Part shown: positions 55,230 to 64,000 of the stretch, one piece after another
How positions within the stretch are numbered: the first letter of the stretch is position 1
How the letters are laid out: each line of letters begins with the position of its first letter
DNA from: Deltaproteobacteria bacterium
GTDB lineage: Bacteria > Myxococcota_A > Polyangia > Polyangiales > JAFGIB01
Length of the DNA stretch: 64,000 nucleotides
Direction of reading: 5' to 3'
Assembly (NCBI GenBank): GCA_016929805.1
Contig: JAFGIB010000456.1
Span: 7,573-71,572, forward strand
Position numbers and translations under genes: made by a program
Notes under the pieces: generated by a model
Database searches by the model: none
Told to the model about the DNA's origin: nothing
The model's input: only the letters and a program-made list of their open reading frames with translations

Positions 55230-55690
55230 TTCGTGATCTCCCACTCTATTTATAGAGTAAAAAAAATTAATAGGCATTCAAGCCGAAGTCGCTCTCGACG
55301 GCCGGTGCCCTGTTTGTCGCAATAATCTATCGGATGGAAGAGATCCAAAACGGATCATAAGTGGCCAACTATCGTATTTTTGGTCGAGAAACCTCTTTTT
55401 TTTTCCTGAAGAATCTGTAAAGCGTCGGTTCGGAGCCAAACGAGCAGAGCGAAATCTATGTGGTTTAGATCCAGCGCTCGAGAAACACCCGAATCCGTGC
55501 TCGAAAACGTCGCGCCTCCCGGTCGTTCATAAAGCCCGAGATGTATTAATTGGCCTTTTTCGGGGCTGGTACCTTATTAGAAGCGATTGACTCCGGACCG
55601 GAGGAAATTATCGTTTTGTTATGGATGACCAATAACGCCTTAATTTATTGCAATTCCGATACTTTCCATTTTCAGAGCTCTTCTGCGGTA

Positions 55691-55765
55691 AAAAAAGAGT
55701 TCCGCGCGCCCTTATTTCATTGCTTTTTTTGCGTTTTCGCTCGACCTCTATTGCAACGTTAAGGT
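55691..55765 (+). repeat. family-1 foldback repeat, right-arm half copy
   Basis: aaaaaagagttccgcgcgcccttatttcattgctttttttgcgttttcgctcgacctctattgcaacgttaaggt. Confidence 0.8.
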
Positions 55766-55835
55766 CTATGTTGGAGATTTCTCGCTTTACTCGAAATGAC
55801 ATGTATGTCGCCATCTTCTAGAAGATGGAATCCGG

Positions 55836-56981
55836 TCAACCGGGTTCGATCACGACAACGCTGGTCGCGCCCGGGTCGACGCCGATCTCGGAACCGATGC
55901 GTTCGCCGCTGGTCGTATCGAAGATACTGACCTGTCCATTCCCTGGCAGCGTAAATACTCCCGTGAGAAGGTAGTTAAGATCAGCCGCGCCTTGCAGCGA
56001 TTCTGGACCCAAATCGGTCACATAGACCCGACTGCCTTCTCGATTAAAGCAGACCCCGACCGGCCGACCGTTCACATCGATTGTCTTAGTAATCCGATTC
56101 GTGGCGGTATCTATCTCAACAAAGTTGCCGCTACCGTGATTGGTCACGTAAAGCGAAGAACCGTCCGGCGTCACAGCTCCGATAATGCCTCGGCTGCCGG
56201 AGCCGGTATCGATGGTCGCTTCCACCGTCCAACTTTCGGTATCTACCACCGATATGTCGTCCGAAAGAAAATTGAGAGTGTAGACCTTTGAGCCGTCCGG
56301 CGTTATTGTGATCCAGGCTGGAGAGGTGCCGACCGTCAAGGGCTCGCGTACCGTCTCGCCGGTGGTCGAGGAGTTGGCCTGGAGCGTGCCCGGCCCGTCA
56401 GAGGATAGGTGAAGCATCGCGATATACAGAATTTCTCCATCGGGGCTTACGATAATGGAGGCGGGCAGCTCTGACATCTCCAGGTGATTATCTATGGTAT
56501 CGGTGTCGGTGCGGATGACCGAGACTTCCGGCGGCGTGGATGCGCAGCCTACGTATACGTGCTCGCCGTCAGGCGCCATGGCGATAACATAAGGCCTTCC
56601 GGGCATGGTGATTTGGCTGGCCGCCGACGCTTCCACGTCAATCGAGGAGACGGTGAAGTCCTCCCAGTTGGCGGAGTACAGCTTCTTTTGGTCCGGTGTC
56701 GAAAGCAGAATCGCCGGTCCTTTTCCGATCGCTATACTATCGATGATGGTCTGGCTTCGTTCGTCGATCACTATGACTTTGTGTGTCGCTGCCATGGTCG
56801 CGTAGATCCGCGCTCCCCGATTCTGCTCGGCGGTCGAGGCGTCGATGCCACCGTCTTTGTCGCTATTCTTCTCCTGTTCGGTGGAGGAGCTGCAGTCGGC
56901 CGTGATGAAAACCGTGACGACAGCCGCGAGCGTAACGAGGTGAAAACGGTGGTGAAGAGAGCAATCGCGTGTTCGGTGCAT
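55836..56981 (-). CDS. YVTN-type beta-propeller repeat lipoprotein
   Basis: ORF 55836..57035; the likely start is MHRTRD.. at 56981, with FITADCSS as lipobox. It has repeating ~40-aa units (..KLYSANWEDFTVSSIDV.., ..HVYVGCAS..EVSVIRT.., ..KVYTLNFLSDDISVVDT.., ..SLYVTNHGSGNFVEIDT.., ..RVYVTDLG..). Confidence 0.75.
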   Translation of the reverse strand: MHRTRDCSLHHRFHLVTLAAVVTVFITADCSSSTEQEKNSDKDGGIDASTAEQNRGARIYATMAATHKVIVIDERSQTIIDSIAIGKGPAILLSTPDQKKLYSANWEDFTVSSIDVEASAASQITMPGRPYVIAMAPDGEHVYVGCASTPPEVSVIRTDTDTIDNHLEMSELPASIIVSPDGEILYIAMLHLSSDGPGTLQANSSTTGETVREPLTVGTSPAWITITPDGSKVYTLNFLSDDISVVDTESWTVEATIDTGSGSRGIIGAVTPDGSSLYVTNHGSGNFVEIDTATNRITKTIDVNGRPVGVCFNREGSRVYVTDLGPESLQGAADLNYLLTGVFTLPGNGQVSIFDTTSGERIGSEIGVDPGATSVVVIEPG

Positions 56982-57159
56982 GGTATTGCCTTTCGAGATT
57001 ATCCGAATTATTACGGGAAACAGGGCCATTTGCATCCATCAGTGCACAGGGATTCACCCGCAATTGACGCGGCCGGCTACTAAAAACGGCAGTAGGGCCG
57101 TGACCAAAAAGCACCGCCCGCGACAAACGCACCGATAATACTTCAGGAAGGCTCGAAAT

Positions 57160-59676
57160 ATGTGGTTAATAGCCAGACCATTTTTTTGTAGTGTAGTTCT
57201 AGGGTTGGTTGGTTTCGCCATCTCCTGCAACGGTGAGGAGAATGGAGCGTCCGGTGGCACAAGCGGATCGCCCGAGTGGGGTACTTCGGGCATCTCTACT
57301 TCAGGCGGCACCGGCGGACCTGTTTCGGGCATTTCCGGCGTATCGGGCTATTCAGGCGGCGGCGGCGGCTTCGGAGCTGATTCCGATTCCGGCCTCGCGC
57401 CCGGTGATGACGCCGGTAGCGCCGGTAGCGATTCCGCGAGCGAGCAATCGGGTGGCTCGACGGCGAGCGGCGGAAGCTCGGGTCAGATCGACGGTGACCT
57501 GCCGCAGGTCGAGCAAGGGGAGTGGAAAAACGTCGCGATTATCGGTGGCGGGTTTATTCCTGGTATCGTTTTTAATAGCGGCAAGGCCGGATTGGTCTAT
57601 GCGCGGACCGATATCGGAGGCGCCTATCGATTTGATCCTCCTAGCCAAAGCTGGGTTCCGCTTCTCGATTGGGTCGGCTTTGAAGAGTGGAACCTCAGCG
57701 GTGTGGAAAGCATCGCCGCGGACCCGGTTGAGCCGAATCGAGTGTACATAGCGGCCGGTACCTACACCAACGAATGGACCAGCATGAACGGCGCGATTCT
57801 GCGATCGAGCGATTACGGCCAAACGTTTGAGCGTACCGATCTTTCATTCAAGCTCGGCGGCAACATGCCCGGGCGGTCCATGGGGGAAAGGTTGGCCGTA
57901 GACCCCAATGATAATCGGGTGATTTATTTTGGAGCTCGGAGCGGTAATGGTTTATGGAAAAGCGTCGATTTCGGTGCGACCTGGTCCAAGGTCAGTGGTT
58001 TTCCCGCCACGGGTACTTGGGCGGACGCTTACTTTCAGGATCCCATCGGGGTGGTTTGGGTAACCTTTGATCCGAAGAGTGGTACGAGCGGTAACGGCAG
58101 CGAAACCATTTACGTTGGCGTGGCTGAAACCACTACCCCGATCTACCAAAGCACGGACGGGGGCGCCACTTGGGCGGCCGTTGCGGGTCAACCCAGCGGA
58201 TATTTACCGCATCACGGCGTGCTGAGCTCAACGGGCGTATTGTATGTCACCTACAGCGACGATGCGGGTCCGTACGACGGCCAGAAAGGCGAGGTGTGGA
58301 AATACGACAGCGCCCAGGCCACGTGGACCGATATCAGCCCCATTCCCTCTTCGAGCGAGGATAACTATTTCGGATACGGCGGCGTGTCAATGGACGCGCA
58401 AAATCCCGAAACCGTCATGGTGACCGCGCTCAGCTCGTGGTGGCCGGATACGCATATCTTTCGCAGTCTCGACGGCGGAGCCAGTTGGACGAGAATTTGG
58501 GAATGGACAGGTTATCCGTCCCGTTCCTTCCGTTACGAGATGGACATCAGCGCCGCGCCTTGGCTCGACTTCGCCGCAAACCCGCAGCCGCCGGAAGTAA
58601 CTCCCAAGCTCGGTTGGATGGTTGGCGACATCGAAATCGATCCATTCGATTCAAACCGGATGCTCTACGGAACAGGCGCAACTCTTTACGGAACGGACAA
58701 TCTCGGCGATTGGGATACAGGGGGTACAATTACGATTTCGGTGAAGGCGCAGGGCATCGAGGAAACATCGGTCCTCGACCTGGTCAGCCCCCCTTCGGGA
58801 GCGCAACTTATAAGCGGGCTCGGCGATATCTGCGGATTCAGGCACGACGATGTGACTCAGGTGCCGGCGCGAATGATGATTCAGCCGACATTTGTCACCA
58901 CCACCAGTATCGATTACGCGGAGTCAACTCCCGAGTTCGTGGTGCGCGTGGGAAATCTCAGCTCGTCGAGCACGGAGAAGAACCTGGGGATTTCACGCGA
59001 CGGAGGCAATAACTGGTACGCGGCGAGCAATCAACCTACCCTGACCGGCGGGGGAGTTGTCGCGCTTGCCTCCGACGGGAGCCGGATCGTTTGGAGTCCC
59101 GCAGGCGGCGCGGTTCATTATTCGCCTGACGGTAACTCGTGGACGCCGTCCAGTGGTATTACGGCCGAAGCTCGGGTCGCTTCAGACCGAGTCAATCCTA
59201 AAAAATTCTACGGCTACGCGGCCGGCGTATTCTACCTCAGCACCGACGGCGGCGCTAGCTTTTCCGCGAGCGCGGCCGGGGGATTACCGGCCGAAAAAGC
59301 GTATTTCAAAGCGGTTCCCGGCGTTGAGGGCGATATTTGGCTGGCGGGAGGGAGCAAGGACGCCGCTTACGGCTTGTGGCACTCGACCGACTCGGGAGCA
59401 AGCTTCACCAAGTTATCTAATGTACAAGAAGCTGATGTCATCGGGTTTGGCAAAGCGGCCGCCGGCAAGGACTACGTCGCCCTTTATACGAGCGCAAAAA
59501 TCGACGGGGTTCGAGCGATCTTTCGTTCCGATGACGCCGGCGTGAGCTGGACGCGCATCACGGATGATCAACACCAGTTCGCCTCGACGAACACGGCGAT
59601 TACCGGCGACCCGCGAGTGTACGGTCGGGTGTATGTCGGGACCAACGGCCGGGGCATTGTGTACCGCGATCAATAG
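57160..59676 (+). CDS. BNR/Asp-box repeat double-propeller lipoprotein, GH74 (xyloglucanase)/sortilin-like
   Basis: 838-aa ORF with lipobox VGFAISC and a Gly/Ser linker. There are at least 8 Asp-box-like motifs (SSDYGQTF, SVDFGATW, STDGGATW, SLDGGASW, SRDGGNNW, STDGGASF, STDSGASF, SDDAGVSW). Confidence 0.75.
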   Translation: MWLIARPFFCSVVLGLVGFAISCNGEENGASGGTSGSPEWGTSGISTSGGTGGPVSGISGVSGYSGGGGGFGADSDSGLAPGDDAGSAGSDSASEQSGGSTASGGSSGQIDGDLPQVEQGEWKNVAIIGGGFIPGIVFNSGKAGLVYARTDIGGAYRFDPPSQSWVPLLDWVGFEEWNLSGVESIAADPVEPNRVYIAAGTYTNEWTSMNGAILRSSDYGQTFERTDLSFKLGGNMPGRSMGERLAVDPNDNRVIYFGARSGNGLWKSVDFGATWSKVSGFPATGTWADAYFQDPIGVVWVTFDPKSGTSGNGSETIYVGVAETTTPIYQSTDGGATWAAVAGQPSGYLPHHGVLSSTGVLYVTYSDDAGPYDGQKGEVWKYDSAQATWTDISPIPSSSEDNYFGYGGVSMDAQNPETVMVTALSSWWPDTHIFRSLDGGASWTRIWEWTGYPSRSFRYEMDISAAPWLDFAANPQPPEVTPKLGWMVGDIEIDPFDSNRMLYGTGATLYGTDNLGDWDTGGTITISVKAQGIEETSVLDLVSPPSGAQLISGLGDICGFRHDDVTQVPARMMIQPTFVTTTSIDYAESTPEFVVRVGNLSSSSTEKNLGISRDGGNNWYAASNQPTLTGGGVVALASDGSRIVWSPAGGAVHYSPDGNSWTPSSGITAEARVASDRVNPKKFYGYAAGVFYLSTDGGASFSASAAGGLPAEKAYFKAVPGVEGDIWLAGGSKDAAYGLWHSTDSGASFTKLSNVQEADVIGFGKAAAGKDYVALYTSAKIDGVRAIFRSDDAGVSWTRITDDQHQFASTNTAITGDPRVYGRVYVGTNGRGIVYRDQ

Positions 59677-60050
59677 GAGGATCCACACGGACAAAGGGAA
59701 AAACGGCGGCGTTTAGGCCGGTAAGCGGGCCCCTTCCCGAGCGCCCGCGGTTTGTCCGGATGACGAGAAGATCGCATAACGCCGTATTACAGGCGTCGAT
59801 ATTACCCGGGTCCCACGAGGTAAGGTCGGCGACTCGACGGCTTTTTAGACGATATCGCGGCAAGCTTCGCGATGGCTCGCGATAATCCCGCGAATTTCGA
59901 TCTGTTTCTATCGTTGTGGCGCTGTCGCGGGAGTTTGACTTTTGCGAGTCTTTTCGGGATGATAGGACAACTTCAAGCCGACCTACCGGAGAGCCTTGTG
60001 GCCCTCTCAATCGACTCTGCGCGAACAAAGGAACCCGGGTTTTACGCTTT

Positions 60051-60620
60051 ATGCCTCAAATTCCTATTGAAGAACGACGAGCCAAAGGCATCAACATCAT
60101 CGATCTCGTCAAAGTACTTAAGATCTACCGCCGGACGCATAAAAACGCGGTCTTTTCCAAAGATGTCGAGGCGCTCTTTAAGGAACGCATCCTGCCGAAC
60201 AAGTGGTATTCATATAGGATCTTTTTGGAGCTGATTAACTTTGCCTATAAGAATCTACTAGCCAGCAAAGAAGACAACGCGGTGCAGCTCGGGATGGCCG
60301 GGGGATTGGTAGTACTCAAAGAGTACCATGGGGTATTCATCGAAGAGGGCGACCCGATAGCTACATTGCTCTCGTTGCGACATAGTTGGCGTTCCTACTT
60401 CAATTTCGGTTTTCACGAAGCGAAGAGCGACGACGACCACAGCGTGGAAATGACCGTGGGGGACTATCCCGACGTCGGTCCTTGTCACGCGCATATGATC
60501 ATCGGCTGGGACATGGGCGGAGCTAAGCTAGCGGGTGCTTCTGATATCCGTTATGAGCTATTGACTCGACCGTGGGAAGGGGCGGGGCAACTAACCTATA
60601 TCATCCGGTTCCGGGTGTAG
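60051..60620 (+). CDS. hypothetical cytoplasmic protein (possibly the DUF2378-like myxobacterial family)
   Basis: ORF 59916..60620; I prefer the ATG at 60051 (MPQIPIEERRAKGINIIDLVKVLK). No signal peptide is present. The family assignment is from vague recollection only. Confidence 0.45.
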   Translation: MPQIPIEERRAKGINIIDLVKVLKIYRRTHKNAVFSKDVEALFKERILPNKWYSYRIFLELINFAYKNLLASKEDNAVQLGMAGGLVVLKEYHGVFIEEGDPIATLLSLRHSWRSYFNFGFHEAKSDDDHSVEMTVGDYPDVGPCHAHMIIGWDMGGAKLAGASDIRYELLTRPWEGAGQLTYIIRFRV

Positions 60621-60699
60621 AGTAGCGCAAAAATGACTTTTACGGGTTGTAATTCGAGGCGCCCGGCTGGCAAGGCGCGAGCTCTAAGCCCGGGCGCCG

Positions 60700-62052
60700 T
60701 TACTCGATGACCATCGATTCGCAGCCTAGTAGGACTCGAATCTTTCCGAGATCGGCTTCCTCGATTAGCGAACACGCGGTGGGGCAGGCGATGATCTGTT
60801 TTGGGTCTTGCGGGTCGTCGTAATACCACGCGAGCTCGCCTTCACATTTATCTTCCGACTCTACTTTGGCCAAATAACGCTTGTCCGACTCAAGACCGGT
60901 GGACGAAAACTCGACGTTGACCTTTTCACGATCGAAGGTTTCCCCTTCGGGCGGCGGCGGGATTTCCCACTGGCAATCGAGCTTGACGTATTGGGTCTCT
61001 ACACGGATTTCAACACGCGTTTCTACTATATATTCGCGGATCAGCTCAAACGCTTCAAGTAAGGTCATTCCGGCGGTGACATCACAAGCGAATGTCTGGG
61101 AATCGCTCGGCGCGCAATCGGTACCGCCGTTTTGGCCGATTTGGTTTAAGAGAGTAAAATCCGCTCCAATCATTCCTATAGCGTAGGTTTTGACGCTGGG
61201 ATCGCTGTTGAAGCCCTCACTCGCTATTCCGGCCAATGTTGAGAAGTCACCGTTGCACGCGGTGGGCAAGCCGTCGGTAATTAATACGACGACGCACTTC
61301 TCTCCACTGCTATTGCCATTCATATATTGATTACAAAAGTTGACGGCGCCGCGTAGCGCCGGCTCGATCGGTGTACCGGATCCGGCGGGAAAGTGGAAAT
61401 TGAGCGAATCGATGATCGCCTGCGCGTTTCCCGGTAATCGTCCCATGGGAACGTCCGCAGTCGCGTATTCAGTTCCCTGGCATTCCGCCGGAACCTCGGA
61501 AGGTACCCCGGCGTCGGGATCCGAGAGCCTTACCGCTCCCAATGGAAAGTATTGGATAGCCACGTCCAAGTCGGTTGATTCCGGATCCCGGACGAACGCG
61601 GTTATCGCGTCATAGGCAACGTTCCACTTGTAAGGCGGGACAAAGGGAATGCCGCTAACGGAGTCCAACATGCTGCTGGACTGGTCGAGCATGATATAGA
61701 GCGCTACAGGTTGCGGTACCTCGACGGGAACCTCGACTTCTTTCTCGACTTCTATCGGTACGGCCTCGAAGCCGGTCGCCACGCAAGCGGCGTCCGGAGC
61801 CACGTCGATGACGAAAGGCTCCCCACCGGCATCGCGTTCTGGAAAATCCACTTGCGCTATCGAGCCGCCATTCTCTTCCAAAACCTTACTTCCGCTTCCT
61901 GAACCCCCAACGTCATTGCTGTTTTGTGTATCCGTCACACCGCCTATTCGCGACTCGGCGGTACACGCGACAGCGACGAACGCCCCTGCACCTGACAACA
62001 AGACAGCCGCTGCGATTCTTCGTAGAGCTAAAAACGTTATATCTCGGTCCAT
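60700..62052 (-). CDS. Cys-rich VWA-domain lipoprotein
   Basis: 450-aa ORF with lipobox FVAVACT. The MIDAS is ALYIMLDQSSSM. VVVLITDGLPTAC is present, with about 16 Cys residues, mostly in the C-terminal half. Confidence 0.8.
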   Translation of the reverse strand: MDRDITFLALRRIAAAVLLSGAGAFVAVACTAESRIGGVTDTQNSNDVGGSGSGSKVLEENGGSIAQVDFPERDAGGEPFVIDVAPDAACVATGFEAVPIEVEKEVEVPVEVPQPVALYIMLDQSSSMLDSVSGIPFVPPYKWNVAYDAITAFVRDPESTDLDVAIQYFPLGAVRLSDPDAGVPSEVPAECQGTEYATADVPMGRLPGNAQAIIDSLNFHFPAGSGTPIEPALRGAVNFCNQYMNGNSSGEKCVVVLITDGLPTACNGDFSTLAGIASEGFNSDPSVKTYAIGMIGADFTLLNQIGQNGGTDCAPSDSQTFACDVTAGMTLLEAFELIREYIVETRVEIRVETQYVKLDCQWEIPPPPEGETFDREKVNVEFSSTGLESDKRYLAKVESEDKCEGELAWYYDDPQDPKQIIACPTACSLIEEADLGKIRVLLGCESMVIE

Positions 62053-62820
62053 TTGCCTCCTGTGCCCTTCAGCTTTTTACATCCAATAGTCTCATCGGTT
62101 TGTTCCAGTCGTGAAGCCTACCCCGACCGAGAGATTGGGCGCGCCGATCGCGCCCGTATTCTTTTGTGGCGATTAAACGGCTCACGGTCCATCTAATAGT
62201 TCGTATGGATCATTACTGTCTTTTCTACGAAAAATTGTTAAAAAGAATATCCGGTAGTATTTTGTAACGTCGGCGAAGAATACTAACCAGGGCGTCGAAC
62301 GGCTTGAAAACGTAACGACTTCGCGGTGTTACCGGACGATTCGGCAGCTTTTCCGAAAAGCGGCGGCGGGCCGCCGTAATCTGTCATCTCCAGGAGCCAA
62401 GGGTGACGAGTAAGCTGTTTTCAAGATTTCGCGCTTCGCTCGACAGGACATATCTGCAACATAGAAAAACCAAATCGAAGAAGACCGAGGCATTGTTTTA
62501 TTTCCAATGCTCGACCGCCTGAATCATGAATATCGAAGGGCGGCATATCCGACCAGCGGCATCGCCGGAATCAAGCGTGCGCCGATTCGCGAGAAGAATG
62601 GCTTAAATTGTTAGCCTATTTGACGCGAAGGGTTAATGCCGTCGAGACGGATATCTAATCGATCGCTCAGAGAATAAGTAAGCGAATGATCGGAGCCGCC
62701 GTGCATTGAAGGGTTTGGGCTTTAACGAACAATATAGATGTATTTTTTGAGTCAGTGCAATTCGGAGATAACCAGTGTGTATATTGGGGTGTAGATCGAT
62801 ACCCTTTGAGGAGGACAATT

Positions 62821-64000
62821 ATGAAGAGGAGTTACGCAATTCTATTAGTTGCCGCGGGGCTACTATTCGGCTCTTGCAGAAACGGCGACGAGGACGATAC
62901 GACACAAGAATACGGAATAAACTCTGGACAATCAGGCACGATAATCGCCGCTGACAACGATCAGGGCGGGCAAACGACGATTCCCTCCTCTGGAGGGACG
63001 AGTAGCGTGCAGGCCGGAACTTCAGGGGGCGCCGGCGGCAAGAGCGGCATCGACGCGGGCGTAAAAGGCGGGGACACGGGTGAAAGCGGTAAAGACGCGA
63101 GCGAGAACGACGCCGAGGTGGGAGAGAGCGGCGCAGAGGCGAGCGATAGCGGCATAGACGCTGAAGAGATCGAGCCAACGGACTTCGAGTCGTGTTATGC
63201 GTCGCTCGAGAGCGAATGCGATTTCGCCGAGCTGGATACAGCGGACGAGATCAGTCAATTAGCTTGTAGCGCGATAAAATTTATATCGATACCACTCGTG
63301 GATGGTAGCAGTTACGGACCGGTGACAATTCAGTCGGGACCTTACGGCGGAGCGGCCATATGGAACGCTGGGGCGGGCACGGAGTTCGTCAATCCGGTCA
63401 ATATCGCGGAGGTCGTTTGTATTCCCATCGGTATCATGACCTTCGCCCAACCCGACCCGGTAAACCAACAACTCTATAATTTGAGAGACATGGACTGGAG
63501 CCTCTACACGATATATAGGCCGGCATGTTTTAAGGAAGGCGAGAAATACCCGGTTATCACCTGGGCGAACGGCACCTGTGGGGAGCAGGCCGGGTATGCC
63601 GCGCTACTGGCCGTCGTGGCGTCGCATGGTTTTGTCGTGATTTCGTCTAATTCGACCTGGACAGCGACCCCGCCTACGAACATCGTGCAGACGCGCGCGC
63701 TGGATTATGCCGAAGCCCTTAATGAGGATCCCGATAGTATTTTATATCAGAGGCTTGATCTAGATAAAATAGGCGCCATGGGGCATTCCCAGGGAGCCGG
63801 AGCGACCCGCGCCGCGGCGATCGATCCTCGCATCGATGCGTTGATTCTGTGGAACGCGGGCACCTCGAACGACAAACCTTTCTTAGACGTTTCCGGAGAC
63901 GGCGATATCGGCGGAAACACCCCGGCCTCCATGGCTGCGGCGGTGAACGCCTCGACTCAACCCGGGGCCTGGGTGTATACGCATAGAACCTTGAATACCG
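62821..64000 (+). CDS. alpha/beta-hydrolase-fold lipoprotein (dienelactone-hydrolase/cutinase-like), 3' end beyond the window
   Basis: Absent from the ORF track because there is no stop in the window. My translation from the ATG at 62821 gives MKRSYAILLVAAGLLFGSC (lipobox), a Gly/Ser/Asp linker, YPVITWANGTCG and the nucleophile elbow GAMGHSQGAG. The frame stays open to the window end. Confidence 0.75.
   Translation, partial: MKRSYAILLVAAGLLFGSCRNGDEDDTTQEYGINSGQSGTIIAADNDQGGQTTIPSSGGTSSVQAGTSGGAGGKSGIDAGVKGGDTGESGKDASENDAEVGESGAEASDSGIDAEEIEPTDFESCYASLESECDFAELDTADEISQLACSAIKFISIPLVDGSSYGPVTIQSGPYGGAAIWNAGAGTEFVNPVNIAEVVCIPIGIMTFAQPDPVNQQLYNLRDMDWSLYTIYRPACFKEGEKYPVITWANGTCGEQAGYAALLAVVASHGFVVISSNSTWTATPPTNIVQTRALDYAEALNEDPDSILYQRLDLDKIGAMGHSQGAGATRAAAIDPRIDALILWNAGTSNDKPFLDVSGDGDIGGNTPASMAAAVNASTQPGAWVYTHRTLNT

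Noticed and set aside
13066-55765. Possibility that the dispersed family-1 repeats are a CRISPR array
   Set aside because: The copies are kilobases apart, in both orientations and of variable completeness. There are no regular 25-40-bp repeat/spacer units and no cas genes.
59916-60050. N-terminal 45-aa extension of the 59916..60620 ORF
   Set aside because: The extension is Arg/Cys-rich, and the internal ATG at 60051 begins the conserved-looking region, so I trimmed the call.
62427-62460. Degenerate family-1 repeat fragment (tttcgcgcttcgctcgacaggacatatctgcaac)
   Set aside because: The similarity is limited to ~20 scattered matches, so it is mentioned only as a possible relic.
62819-63258. 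119-aa, 64-aa and 78-aa minus-strand ORFs (Arg/Pro/Ser-rich)
   Set aside because: They are antisense to the unlisted + strand alpha/beta-hydrolase lipoprotein gene that starts at 62821.

Overview
The window looks like a moderately GC-rich chromosomal segment from a Myxococcota-like (deltaproteobacterial) genome. The lineage call rests on a MYXO-CTERM-like sorting tail, an AgmX/PglI-type TonB-C tail, Glt/Nfs-type outer-membrane and TPR proteins, an mglBA pair and many lipobox lipoproteins. Layout: (i) 1-24.1 kb is an envelope/surface supercluster. It holds three paralogous VWA + thrombospondin-type-3 (TSP3) repeat lipoproteins, a GltG/GltJ-like protein, an ECF sigma/FecR/LamG/TSP3 module, and a GltK?-GltA/B-GltC-GltD-like operon. 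(ii) 25.0-31.9 kb is a visibly more AT-rich island centred on mglB-mglA. It is expanded to six Roadblock/LC7 domains, two PATAN/DUF4388 proteins, a DnaA-domain-III AAA+ ATPase with no DNA-binding domain, and a ParA/MinD ATPase. I consider this the best candidate for an undescribed system. (iii) 32.5-37.4 kb holds an inositol-phosphate synthase/cytidylyltransferase pair and an orphan TRAP binding protein with a TatT-like partner. (iv) 38.2-45.6 kb is the conserved rimP-nusA-ylxR/L7Ae-infB-DUF503-rbfA-truB operon. (v) 45.9-53.9 kb holds a methyltransferase, radical SAM enzyme, ThDP enzyme, polytopic membrane protein and SDR. (vi) 53.9-64 kb holds surface lipoproteins: a Cys-rich tandem-repeat protein, a beta-propeller, a BNR/GH74-like protein, a VWA protein and an alpha/beta hydrolase. 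Two families of foldback (MITE/REP-like) repeats fill many intergenic gaps. No rRNA, tRNA, CRISPR array or transposase gene was recognised. All calls come from reading the translations and DNA by eye; no searches were run.
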